The translations under genes were made by a program, and so were the position numbers. A stretch of DNA of 64,000 nt from the human T2T-CHM13v2.0 reference genome, Homo sapiens. Positions within the stretch are counted from its first letter, which is position 1. Every line of letters starts with the position of its first letter. A model generated the notes under the pieces. The model had not been told where the DNA came from. It did not search any database and worked only from the letters and a program-made list of their open reading frames with translations. The DNA is taken from NCBI RefSeq assembly GCF_009914755.1, contig NC_060938.1. One strand, given 5' to 3'. Below, one piece after another: positions 49,743-64,000 of the stretch.

Positions 49743-50281
49743 GTAAACATAACTACACCAAAATTCAAACAAAAATATTAACACTGTTGCCCTTTATGTG
49801 AATATGAAAGTATTACCTCAAGTTGTATTTTTTAAAGCTAATTCCATTCCTGTTCTTTTATCCTATATAATAAGTCTTATCCCATATGATTTTAATATCT
49901 GATACTTTAATAAAATGAGTAAGGATTCTTCCTAATTTCTATGATCAGATACATGTATGTCATGGATAAGAACCCAACTGTTTTTTCTCTAAGACAAAAA
50001 TCTAAGATACTTGGTCACTAAAAATCCACCAGCATTTTATATAATTGTTGGTCACTCCCTAATGCCAAGAGTCAGTGCAAAAAAAGCATAGAAAGGTGGC
50101 AGAAAAGAAGAAAAAGGCGAGGGCAGCCAGTTAAGGCAAAAAGGAGAGGAACTGAGATGAAGCATGTAGAACATTTGGAGCCGGGGGGAAATCTCACTCC
50201 TCTCTAAAAGTCCCAAAACTGTATTTGAGTTTGGACTGATTTATTTCTAGGAAGCACCGCTGCTATTTCAGATCCGCTTAC

Positions 50282-50434
50282 CTAGGCATCTTCTTTTCAC
50301 CCTTTCCAGCTCATGCACTCTTCTGGCTGACAGCACAAGAGAAACTCCTAGTTTAGACAACTGGTAAGCCAGCTCCTCACCAATTCCACTCGAGGCTCCA
50401 GTCACCCACACCACCATATCAGTCAGCTCCCATT
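50282..50434 (-). CDS. DHRS7: DHRS7 exon 2
   Basis: catag|AATGG...CTAG|gtaagc; Rossmann motif VTGASSGIG; SARR suggests NADP(H) preference. Confidence 0.96.
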
Positions 50435-52232
50435 CTATGGAAGGAATGTAAATGGAAGGAAGAAAATAAGCAATGAATTACGCTCATAAATCCAAGATTA
50501 GAAAAAAAAAAGAAAGCCTTAAACAATACCACTAAATATGAAGGCATGATGTATAGAGTTAAAATTTGAAATATTCTAAGAAAGCATCTCCTTCTTAACT
50601 AAAAAAAAAAAAAAGCATTAATACAAATCATACTAGTAACAGTTATCAACACAGTATTTGTATATTACAGAACCTTCATGACTTTTCCAGACTTTACTTC
50701 AAGGTAAGCCTTATAACCTCATGGTTTCACTCTAAGGCTCTATTTAACACAAACAGGTAAGATAAATATGATAGATAAGATAAACAGGCTAAGTAAATAC
50801 AAAAATCACTGTCTGGACTCACTTTTCCTTAGCCATTAAATGAGGCATTCAGATTAGATGATGGCTGAAGGTCACATCCAGTTTTTAATTCTATTATTCT
50901 AATATTTTGCAATGGAGGTTGATGAAGAATCTAAATATACCAAGTTCTGTGCTGTTGATGGAAACATCCTAGATTTTTAAAGTAGTATTTTCCCCATTTG
51001 CCAATAATGCCTGATGCCTATCAGCTCAAGGTCATTTTGTAAAAATGTTCCCCAGATGCCTGAGCTTTCATCTTAGGAGAATATAGTAATTCACCCAAGA
51101 ACAAATGCATATTACAGAGAGATGAAATATTGTACTCTGCTTCTCCAATTATGTTCCTCTTAAAAGACTACAAATGTTACAGTACTAAAGCAATGACAAA
51201 TGGTTTATTCTTTTCTCCAATGAAAAACTTATTAGCACTTCAGGAGATGATATTCACTGTCTCTCTGAACCCGTAAAGTCACTGTTATGCAAAGTTCCTG
51301 GGTGACTTATTTACTAAAATATATGTTATTTATCAAAAATATCAAATATCGTATCACTTAACATCACATTTCCGATTTTAGATCAGAAAAGTTAAAATCA
51401 GGAAATGATTGTACTGTTTTAAACAGCTCTAAATCCTAACTGTGATGTTAACAGTACCATCCCTGGAGACTGCCAGGGTTCAAATGCCAGCTCCATCACA
51501 CACAGCACTGAAATGCTCCCAGGTGAGAACTTGGTGCCTTAATTTTCCACAACTGGAAATGTGATGAATAAGAACACATCCTTCACAGGATTGTTGAGAA
51601 ATGAGTTAAAACATGGAAAGCACTCAGGGCAGTATCTAGTACATACTCAGTGTTTAATAAACGTCAATTATAATTATTGCTCAAGTTTTTTAACAGATGG
51701 ACTTTACTACAGCAAAACATAGAACAGTCACTTAATAACGTATGTCTCCTAACTTCTCCAGCCAGGAAAACAGAGTTACCAATTCTAATGGCTTAACGTT
51801 TTTACATTACTTCCTATGTACTTAGCACATTGTCTACTAAAAGCCTCACCAGAACTGTATGGAAAGGTATTATTATCTCAGTTTTACAGAAAAGGTAACT
51901 GAGGTTTACAGAGATTAATTTGTCCCACTAGACCATAGATTCCATTAAGGGTAGGACCCTGTCTACCTTGTTCATTGCTGTGGCCTCAGTGCTTAGCAAA
52001 GACTGGAATATTGAAAAGGCTCCATAAATAACTACTGAATAAACACCCAAGAACCCTGGCAGAGCCGGGATATAAGCCCAGGTATATCTAGCTCCAAAGC
52101 CCACACTGTCCACTATTTCATGATATACACATTTACATATGATCAATATTTTAAAACCCAACTGTTTCTTAGACATTCAAGAAAATACCACTTGTCCTTA
52201 AGAAAAAGGTTCCATGTAAATATCTCAACTAA

Positions 52233-52538
52233 GGCCAGGTACGGTGGCTCACATCTGTAATCCCAGCACTTTGGGAGGCCAAGGCGGGCAGATCACTTGA
52301 GGCCAGGAGTTCGAGACCAGCCTGGCCAACATGATGGAACCTGTTCTCTATGAAAAATACAAAAATTAGCCAGGTGTGGTGGCGCATCGTTGTAACCCCA
52401 ACTACTCAGGAGGCTGAGGTGCAAGAATTGCTTGAACCTGGGAGGCAGAGGTTGCAGTGAGCCAAGATTGCTCCACTGCACTCCAGCATGGGTGACAGAG
52501 TGAGACTCTGTCGGAAAAAAAAAAAAAAAAAAAAAAAT
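52233..52538 (+). mobile_element. AluS
   Basis: Full Alu; TSD atctcaactaa. Confidence 0.9.
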
Positions 52539-54312
52539 CTCAACTAAGGATGGAAACATCCCAAATACTATGTCTGGGCTACAATGCTTTCCTGTCATAT
52601 AACGTACTTTTGTGAAAAGGCACAATTGGGCCACCTTCCTATAGGACTTTATCAAGAACAACATAACATCTATTCAGATAATCATTTATTCATTCATTGA
52701 CTACTTGTTGTTCCCAAGTTCTGCAATCATCACACTCTAGAGTGAATATCATTTGTTTTAGAAACACAGGATTTACTAACTAGTGTCGAGCTAACAAAGA
52801 CCTCTTGATATTTACACACATAAGCAAATATTTAAAGCTGATGGTGTAAACTTTTAATACAATCACAATTCTGGCCTCTTCCTCCCACCCTGAAGAAACT
52901 TTTTTATTTAGCACCGTTTGTTTCCCGATTCCACAGAATCTGGTATACATAATGGCCTCCCTTTAAGAGCCCCTGAAAGTAGATTCTTAAGAGTTGAAAG
53001 GAAAGTGATAGTTCAACCCCCACTCCAGTTTGAGAATTCTCTTCTCAAGCCCTTGACCCATCTCTAATTCCCTCACAGGATGAGGAAGCTAATTATCTCT
53101 GAAGGCTTCAGCTCCTTTTTTGGGAAAGTCTAATCATTCCAGGGATCTTTTTTATACTGATATGATAAGCTTTTAAATGCTATCAACCAGTAGCAGTGGG
53201 CAGTAATCCTGCCTTGTGGTTTGACAAAGAAGAAATCAAACTTCTGGTGTCGGTGGGTCCAAGTGTCCAGCCTGAGGCATCCTCCCCATCCCTTCCTCTC
53301 CCAGCACCTCAAACATTCATCAAGGATTTTGTATCCAAGGCCCAAAAGTTTGTTACCCAAGACGACAAATATTGACATGGATGCAGTTGATGCTGAAAAT
53401 CATTTGGAATTGGAGGGAAAAACACAGCTTATTAATCAAGTGTTGGAACCCCAACATACACTTCAAGATCTCCCTGTCAGAGGAGATGCGGTTACGGAAG
53501 AAAATCTCAAGCTAAAATCAGAAAACCAAGTTTCTTAGACAATACACAGAAAATTTCATGTCAGCTTCTAGTGTTTTTCAAACAACTGACACAAAAAGCA
53601 AAAGAAAATACAGAATTGAAGCCCTTCTGTTTTATGGAATTGCTGCTGACCTTTCTTTATATGTTGGACAGATTTCAAAAGTGATAGTACCTTTGTTTGT
53701 GGTTTCATTGAATATTTATGAAGCTAATGTCAGATGTAGGCAACATTCATAGCATAACAGGAAACTTCCATAAGTTTGTGTATTATGTTAGTCTATGAGA
53801 ATGTGCAAATGTATTGGAAACTTAATTTAGAATAGCACATATTTATGAAACTTAAGATGAATGTTTTATCAAATTTGCTCTGATTTGTGGGTTTAGCCCT
53901 GTCTTTTATTATAGGCTTAGTAAGATATACAAGAAAATAACCATCATGCTGTGAAAAAGTGACCCCAATCAGGTACTGACTGCACAGATTCATGTACCCT
54001 ATCCATCTTCTTGGGCCCCTTCTCCACTGGCTTCTTCCTTCCTATCTCCCCTCCCCCAGGGAAAAACTGGTTTCATATTTGTAAAAGCAATTTTAATACT
54101 TAATCATCTCTGAGAGTAACCTGAACTTTAATTGTCAAAACTTAACCAAATGAAGACATTTTCTCAGCTAGAGCTTCTCATTTGTGATATTTAATACTAA
54201 GATAGAATTGCTGGTTTCTCTTTAATCAATTGAAAACAAAAAGAGACTATAAAAATGAAGATTTTTCATTGAAACTGAATTGTCAATCTGGGAAGATAAT
54301 TTTTTGTTGTCA

Positions 54313-54777
<465 letters not shown>

Positions 54778-54844
54778 TCACTCCAGATTTTTGTTATCTC
54801 TGGCACAGAGTAGATCTTTTGGGAAATATATGAGAGTAGATTAA

Positions 54845-55172
<328 letters not shown>

Positions 55173-56375
55173 AACTTTGACTAATCTTATGTACCACATC
55201 TGGAAGAGAACAGTTACAAAGAGTTTGGTCTCAAGGTATATTTCTACTCAGCAGATTAACTTTTGCAAAATTCCTTAAGAATGTATTAGTATCAGAACTG
55301 TGAAAAATGGGAGTTTCAGATGTACACTTATTGATAATCTTGCTCAGTTTTATCCTGCTTGTTCTCCCAGAATTTTTTGTAAACTCAACTCCTCTGTTTA
55401 CAGAGTTTTAGTCACTTTTAACAATTTTTTAAAATTCAGTTTGTAGACTCCATTTGTTAAGGGAATCAATATCAGAAGTAATACTAAAATGTTATAATAG
55501 GAAAAGGGATCCACTAATATAGCTTATGGTTATTAGAGCTGGGCTACCTTTAATCATGGAATAATCTTATGTATAGGTGTAAGAATGACTCACTATATGA
55601 ATACATACTAATCATATTACAAACATTTTGCATCCCTTTTGTGACCTAGACAGACATTTAAATTGTGTTGCAATTCTGCTTTCTTGTTTTACAAAAAGCT
55701 GTTTCAGGAAGAAAAGAAAAGAAATGAAACCTGTCTTCTAAATGACAATCCCTCACAGCTGTTAGGGAAGACAGCCATTATGTCTTCCCTAAGTCCTTTC
55801 ATCTCTTACCTTCTCTAAGGCTAAATAAACCTATCCAATTTCTGCCACCTTCCCTCACATGACATGGTATCAGGTTTCCTCACTCTTCTGCTCACACCCA
55901 CCTGCACCAATTCTAGTTGGTTAATGTTCCTCTTTATTAAAGGGAGCTGGCTAGGGCAGGACACAGGATTCGGTAGGGTCTGGACAGTGCAGAGCAGGAT
56001 GAGATGTCAAAAATCACTTCCCTTGTCCCCCAGAAGGTAGGGTCTATGAGGGCCTGGACTGTGGCTGATTCAGTCACTGCAGTGTCCCCAGTGCCCCAGC
56101 ACAGAGGCCGGCACATACAAGCAGCTAGTCAGGAGACATCTGTTGTTTGCAGTTGTTGCTTCAGACACTGAGGTCTACAAATGCAACCCAAGGTTGCCTG
56201 ATCTTTTCTGGCAGCCACTTCACAGTTGACTCCTATTGAGGTTACTGTTAACAAAAACCTGAGTTTTGCTCACATGTGCTGCTGTTGAAATTTTTCCTCC
56301 TCTAGACTTGTGCCATGGATTTTTCTGGACCATTTTAATGTCTAAAATTAGTCACCCTTAAATTTCACCATATGT

Positions 56376-56675
<300 letters not shown>

Positions 56676-57165
56676 TCACCATGTGAGATATATGCTTGGA
56701 AATGCACAGAATTTCTCTAGACGGATACAGAGGAGGCAGGAAATGGTGGCTGCCTCGAGAGAAGCACACTAGGTAGCTAGGGCACAAGGGTCAGAGAAAG
56801 CTCTTTACTTTTTACTATATATCTTTTTGTATTTTTACTTTTGTATTATGTGAGTGTGCTATTTTTTTAAGTGACAAAAAATAATAAACCTACAGAGAAG
56901 TCAAGAAGGATTTTTTTTTCTTTTTTCATCTTGATAGAGTCTGCCCATCTCTCCAGTCTGAGCTGTTTTGGGAATCTGAGTCTATTTCAATTTTCCTTTA
57001 ATCTTTTCTTCTTTCTCACTCCCTACCTCCACCAGGAGTCTTTTTAGACTTTTTTTTCCCCTAAAACTCTCCTGTGAAATGTTAATTCCACAGATATACT
57101 GTATATCATTTATGTACTGTACATATATCTGTGCTTTATACATAAAAGGAGTTCTATAAAGTTTA

Positions 57166-57489
<324 letters not shown>

Positions 57490-57491
57490 TT

Positions 57492-57541
57492 AATAAGCAT
57501 ATGACTAAATAAGCATATGACTAAATAAGCATATGACTAAA
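57492..57541. repeat. 16-bp tandem repeat x3
   Basis: aataagcatatgacta, three exact copies. Confidence 0.95.
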
Positions 57542-57602
57542 TTTTAAAATTAAGTTAAATGTTAAATTAAAATTTAAAAGTTATTAACTTCTAACTTTAT
57601 AA

Positions 57603-57788
<186 letters not shown>

Positions 57789-59049
57789 TAGCAATTTATC
57801 AAACTACATGTGCAAATTTGCAAATTATATAACTACATAATGATAACAATGTAATTAAATTTAAAATCCTTCAAACTGTTCTTTTCCGACAAAACACAAC
57901 TGAAAATATTAAATGAATTTCTTAAAATTTTCAATGATCTTAACTTTTAACTTTTCCTTAATATGAGAAAATAACTTTTAACTTAGTAGCTTAGAGATAT
58001 TCATTCAGATGTTGTCAATAATTTTGCTTTTTAGCACTTGACATAATTTGATGGGTTGAATATTTTTTGTAGGATTAAATAATAAAATATAATCTATTTT
58101 CGTTTAATTCTCCAAGTCCAAGTGAACACAAAAGCACTAAAGATCAAACACAAACAACGTCTGCAAGGCAGCCAATGGCAGCCAATAGGCACACATATTC
58201 CCCCGCTGAGGTGGAACAATCGATCAAGAGAAAGCCCTTGGTTAATGAAGTTGTGCAGTATTTGGGATTCCTGCTTTAAAAGGAGAAAGCCCAATCACTT
58301 GCCATAGTTTTGTAGCACTGCTGTGGCGTCCATGTTGTGTATTTTTCGTGAACTCAATGTCAGTGCTGCACATGCTATACCCAAGAAAACCCAACCAGAA
58401 AAATGAAATACTAAGGAATAATATTTTCTCGGGTGGGGTTAAGCTTTGGAGGGGCACAAACCACTGTATTACCAGATTTTTTTTTTTTTTTTTTTTTGTC
58501 CACAGGAACCAATTCTCACCTTGGGATCAATATCACCCCCCTCAACGCCCAACCCATAACGCCCCCCCCAAACATAGTCTATCTTTCGAGCTACTATCTC
58601 TTCCAAGCAAACTTTGTAACATGCTTTGAGTATTTTTATACCAGAAACTTGGTCCAGGGAAACCCCATTTCCCCAAGTCCTTAAGGATCCAAAGCCTAGC
58701 TTTCGGTAGGTCATTTAATTTCTCTGAACATCAGTTTCCCTATCTGGAAAATAAGATTAATAATGCCTACCTTGTAAGAGTTGTTGTAAAAGTTAAATGT
58801 TATGTGTGTAAAGCGCTGAGCCAACATACAGCAAATGTACACGATGTCAAATATTAAGCAAGACACAGATAAAGTGAGATAGGCAGTATGCCAATAATGA
58901 TCTCGCTCCAGCAAACTGCCATTTTTAGTTCTTTCTAGTGTTTGACTAGAATGAGTAAGTAGGTGAAGGACTTCGGATTATCTCAGATTTTATTTCAAAA
59001 CTGCAGGAGTGGGAAGTGGAGGACAGACTACTTCAGGTAGTAGAACGAC

Positions 59050-59860
59050 CGGGCTTCCGGTACTTACAAAGGAGTTTCCCTTACAAACGCAGGGGGACGC
59101 TCACTGTTTCTCAAAGTATCGTCCTCTGAGACAACACCAGAATCCCTTGAGTCCTGCGTAAGATGTCAGAGTCCTCAGGAGCACCGCCGACTCCAGTGCT
59201 CTCTTAACAGTTTGGCACTCCCTGGAGAGGTTTCCTAGCCTGAATGGCAAGTCCATGCCATCTTCCGACCAGTACAGAAGACAAAGGGGCTTTTTAGCCC
59301 TCGCCTCTTCCTCCCCAACCCGCAGCCCCTGCGTAAGGGGCAGCCGGGCCTTCGGGAAGCTCCACGCAACCCACAAAGGACCCGGGATCACTGCAGAACC
59401 CCCGGAGACCCGGACACGCCTCGGCAGCTCCGAGCCCGGCCTCCCACTCGGGAGAGGCTTTGGCCGGTCCTCACCTGGGCGTCGTCCCTGCCACTCGGCC
59501 CATAGTAGCGTCAGGTCGCCGTCAGCCCTCAGGAAGCGCAGCAGCTGCACCAAGAGCAGGAGCAGCGCGCACAGCACCAGCAGCCACAGCAGCAGCTCCC
59601 AGTTCATTGCGGCCGCGCACGCCCAGCTCGGGGGGAAGAAGACGGCCCGCACCAGAGTCGCGTCGCTGCCCTGCGGGATCGCAGCGCCACCCCTTCGGCC
59701 AGCCCAGAGCCGCACTGCCCCGGCTCCGCCCAGGGAGCAGGCCGGGAGGAGGAGCGGCTCGGGCGCGCCGGGCTCAGCACTCGCGGCCCCACTCGCGGTC
59801 CTTGGGCGGCCCGCGCCCTCATGCGGCACACCCGGCGGGGCCGGCAGATTGCTTGAATTC
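59050..59860. promoter_or_regulatory. CpG island / DHRS7 promoter
   Basis: Sharp rise in GC and CpG around exon 1; GC boxes near 59726 and 59804. Confidence 0.88.
59475..59607 (-). CDS. DHRS7: DHRS7 exon 1 (coding part)
   Basis: GCCGCAATG; MNWELLLWLLVLCALLLLLVQLLRFLRADGDLTLLWAEWQGRRP, N-terminal hydrophobic anchor; donor CAG|gtgagg. Confidence 0.96.
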
Positions 59861-59926
59861 AAGTGTCCGAGACCAGCCTGGGCAACATGAGGAAACCCTG
59901 TGTCTACCAAAAATAAATAAATAAAA
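59843..59926 (+). mobile_element. Alu left-arm fragment at the edge of the CpG island
   Basis: ggcagattgcttgaa...gagaccagcctgggcaacat...aaataaataa. Confidence 0.75.
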
Positions 59927-61234
59927 TTCCAGTATTTTTAAAGAAGCTGATTCAAACATAAGCTACATATTATACTACGTTATTTCCTCTCTGTACAGGG
60001 ACACTATCAACGGCCAGGAGACAGATAGAATCATTCTTGCTTGGCCCCTCTTCTCCATTCCTATTCAGAAAGAACATCCCCTTTTCAAGCTTCAGTATCT
60101 TTTCATGAGGTCGAGAAAGTGCTGAAGAAAGACTGTGGCTATCACTCAAGACCCCACAAGCCAAGGCAATGGTCCCTCCATGGGGACAAGGTCCTTTTAC
60201 AATTAGAGAAAAAAAGACTGAAGCCATGTGCTGTGTTGGCACCTTACAACCTGATTCTGACCACACACAAATTTACTCTGGTGTCTGTTTGGCAACCAAA
60301 GCCTAGGTTGGTACCAAATCCTCCCCTTACCCAAGCCATTATTCACATCCTAATGTAAACAGCAAATAAAAACAGAGAATGTAATGAAAACACCAAGGTC
60401 TTGCCTACTCTAATACACAAAAGAGTAAAATACTGTTTTTGATTAATTTCCGTTTGAAATGACCTTCAAAACATTTAATTGCTTCCCACTAAATACCTAC
60501 ATGTATTTGAGGCATCAATAGTAGCATCTTTCTTGTTTTCAAGCATTTGAAAGCAAGAGGGTTTTCCATTCACAAGCCTCAGAGGGACCCAGTTAGAGTG
60601 CATAGAAACTAGGCCATGTATGAGAACGACCTGTGGCCAAATGGAGAAAGTTCTGGGCGTTGATGCAGTAGAACTTTCATCCTCTTCATTTCCTAGAGTA
60701 CTTTGTGTGCTCTGATGTCAAAGGCTCTTCCTTGGCTGAAACTAAATATGACTTTAAAACAGTCATGGAAATAAAAGAAGCAGTGACTTCCCTCCCCAGT
60801 GTTGTTTTCTTTTTCTAGTCTTGCCTGCCAAACTTTTGTTTTTCTTTAAATGTTTTGAAGAATGTTACTTGCAGTAATCAAATTTCCTTAAATAGCTCTT
60901 CCTTCTCTTTTTAAATCCTATTATAAACCCCCTACCTGCCTCCCCACCCTCATCCTTCTCTAAAAAGCTTTTTGGGGTTATCTGGACTCAGAGTCATCTT
61001 TCCCTAATCTCACCTCTTTTCACAATTACTTCTGAACTATATCTGAAATTGTTTTTTAATTATTTTCAGGGTTAATATAGTATTGTTCCAATGGAACTTT
61101 AGAATCCTTGAAATAAAGTAGCAAATCTGATGCTTCTTTTGAAGAGTCTGGAATACATAGCTTAGTGTTGACATGAGAAGCAATAAGCCCACGTTGATTG
61201 AATTCTCCTTTCCTTGAAATTTAAACCTCCTTGA

Positions 61235-61589
61235 TAGAGAGTAGAAGGATAGTTACCAGAGGCTGAGAAGAGTAGTGGGAGGGTTGGGGGGGACGTGGAG
61301 ATGGTTAACGGATACAAAAAATAGAAAGAATGAATAAGACCTAGTATTTGATAGTGCAATGGGGTGCCTATAGTCAATAATAATTTAGTTGTATGTTTTA
61401 AAACAACCAGAAGAGTATAATTGGATTGTTTGTAACATAAAGGATAAATGCTTGAGGGGGTGGATACCCCATTTACCATGATGTGATTATTACACATTGT
61501 ATGCCTGTATCAAAGTATCTCATGTACTCCATAAATATATACACCTACTGTGTACCCACAAAAATTAAAAATTAAAATTCAATTTTTTA
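61235..61589 (+). mobile_element. 5'-truncated L1MA 3' end
   Basis: L1MA 3' UTR; TSD aaacctccttga at 61223 and 61590. Confidence 0.85.
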
Positions 61590-61800
61590 AAACCTCCTTG
61601 AAGTTCGGAAGTTAATGTTAAAATGAGAGTTGCTAGCATTTAATAAATCAATCTTCTCTAAGTATTATTAAAATGCTTTGAATAAAGTCCGAAAGTCTTT
61701 TCTATAACTGGTAACCTTCATTTTTAATTCCAGATGTAATAGAATGGTACCCTGCCTTCCCTCCTTTTAGTAATGGTCACTTTTGATGGTCTGGGGTCAG

Positions 61801-61860
61801 GCCCATTCATGGCAGCTAAGGCCCATTCATGGCAGCTAAGGCCCATTCAGGTCAGCTAAG
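61801..61860. repeat. 20-bp tandem repeat x3
   Basis: gcccattcatggcagctaag twice exactly, third copy with 2 mismatches. Confidence 0.95.
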
Positions 61861-63287
61861 ATGAAGGCAGTTGTGCGTAAGCAATTGCCATCTTCCATAA
61901 CAAAAGCATTATACAAAAATAACTTTAAAAATCCAGATCCTCCAAGATCGGCAGTCCCTAGGCGGGGGAAAAAAAGAGTGAGTGGAAACTGTGAGTGGAA
62001 ACAGGGACTGAGGAATCTAGGGAGGGAATATTCTTCCTCAAGAACAATAAGGGGTTTGTGGTTTTTGATTGAGGATGTTTTCACATCCCTTAGATGCTTT
62101 TGGAAATGTGTTGGATGAACAGTGGCCATAGTGCCAGCTAGCCAGGGTGTCATCAGAGTGCTAACGATCTGGGCACTATGTAAAGACATACCCAACAAAG
62201 AATTGCCCTGCCCCAAAAGCTCACAGCACCCTTACTCAGAAATCCTGCAACCTGGCCACGGTGGAGAGGAGCTCTGCAATCTATTAGCAGCCTCCCTCCA
62301 CAAGCTCTGGCTTACACCTGCCTGGCTGTACCCCAGCTACAAGCGTTCAGGTCATGGTCTAGTTTTCTGATATTCTTCAGGCAGACAAGGTCTTACCTAG
62401 AGTCTTATTTATAAGAAAATATAACTTACTTTCTTACCTTTAGTAATCTCATGGGATCCCTCAATAGGAATATCTCACTGCACTGTTCACCACATGCAGT
62501 TCCCCATATCAGTGCATTGATATTTTGTTTAGATTAGCCAATTTCCACAGTATCTTGGGTCTCTTAAACATAAGCAGTTTATAGCTCTCATTCTCTCTCC
62601 CTTAAATGCTCTGTTTCAAACTTCCCTTTATATATCTTGTCCATGATTTAGTAGTGGTGGTTGTTATTCTAATCTAGAACTTCAAACACTCATGCACACA
62701 TGAGTACATGCAAAGCTGGTGAAATTTGAACGAGGTCTGTGGATTTTGCCAATACCAATTCCCTGGTTCTGTTATTGTTCTAAAATTATGTAAAATTTAC
62801 TAGTGGGGAGAACGGGGTACAGAGTACACGTCTGTTCCATCTTTGCAACTTCCTGTGAATCTATAATCATTTTAAAGTAAAAAGTTAAAAAAATTAGGTT
62901 AAATTTCTTAAAATATGCAAATATTTTCTTAAAATTCTAAAACTGATCAATGCTTTTTCCTCTCCTTCTCTTTTTTCTCCCCTCTCCAGCCAGGACCAGC
63001 CTTGGAGATAAGCAGAGTGAACAGAAATTTATGGTCTCAGATTTAAGAAAAACAAAATTCTTTCTTGCTTCTTAAATCATACTCCATCCCATTGGCTTGC
63101 AAACATGCTGACACTCCTCATAATTTCACTCTTCATAAACCAAAGCATAAGGTCAGAGGAGAACTTGACATATTAGAACACTTAAGCATTGAAAGTGGTT
63201 AGTCTAACTAACCCATTGAAGTTTTGGAGAACCTGGGACTCAAATTTTGGAAGATGTGACAGATGATATGTTAACATACATTGCACC

Positions 63288-63458
63288 GAGGCTGAAGTGG
63301 GAGGATTGCTTGAGACTGCCTGGAAGGCAGAAGTTGCAGTGAGCCGAGACTGATGGTGTCACTGCACTCCAGCCTGGGCAACAGAGCAAGACCCTGTCTT
63401 AAAAAAACAAAACAAACAAACAAAAGAAACCAAAAAAAAAAAAAAAAAAAAAAAAAAA
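63288..63458 (+). mobile_element. Alu right-arm fragment with long A tail
   Basis: gaggctgaagtgggaggattgcttga...gaccctgtct followed by A-rich tail. Confidence 0.8.
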
Positions 63459-64000
63459 CCATTGCACCAAGTAACAGTCAACTTTTCAGCAGAGGTGAGT
63501 AGAGTTAATCAGTTAAGGCTTTCTGGAATACCAGCCCACCTCAAGGCCTTGTACATACTGTTCTCTCCACATAGAGGGATGGCCAGAAATCCCCCAGATG
63601 GATCCAACAATGCTCACCTCCTGTGTGCAAACCACCATGTATTTCCCTCCCAGGTTGTATCAGGGTTGATCACTGTAACCAGCAGAATGCTGCAGAAATG
63701 ATGAGTGTGTGACTCCCAAGGATAGGTCACAGAAGCTATTGCAGCTTCTACCTCTTGCTCTCTCTTGTTTATACCTTTACTAAAGTATAATTCGAGTACA
63801 AGAAACTGCACATATTTAAGGTATACAACTTGATGAGTTTGTCAAATATATACACCTGTGAAACCATCACCACAATCAAGGTAAACATTTCAATCACCCC
63901 CAAAAGGGGTGACCCTTTGAAATCCACCCATCCTCCACCCCTTCCCTAGGCAGCCACTGATCTATTCTCTGTCACTGTATGGAAACACCTTACCTGTTTC

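Noticed and set aside
59255-59924. Plus-strand ORFs of 211 and 154 aa over the CpG island
   Set aside because: Antisense shadows of GC-rich, stop-poor sequence with low-complexity composition

Overview
Human-type (primate, Alu/L1-rich) genomic DNA carrying two convergent multi-exon genes, recognised as the PCNX4-DHRS7 locus. On the + strand, ten coding exons of PCNX4 (pecanex 4; 1605..28503) join through canonical GT-AG sites into a 3519-nt, 1172-aa ORF; its non-coding first exon lies outside the window. On the - strand, seven exons of DHRS7 (short-chain dehydrogenase/reductase; 59607..39248) give a 339-aa ORF starting in a CpG island. DHRS7 intron 1 holds an antisense processed pseudogene of SCOC. 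The rest is mostly interspersed repeats: about 25 Alus including a near-consensus AluYa5, old L1s, MaLR/ERV LTRs, MER2, Tigger3 and MER5A. I found no new biological system. The best leads are an inverted AluJ/AluYa5 pair around the AUG-containing PCNX4 exon, a start-stop uORF, an in-frame stop-free 93-nt intron, many exons that begin with GT, and a 286-bp templated insertion among other repair scars at 23-25 kb. Repeat subfamily names and boundaries come from remembered consensus sequences and are approximate.
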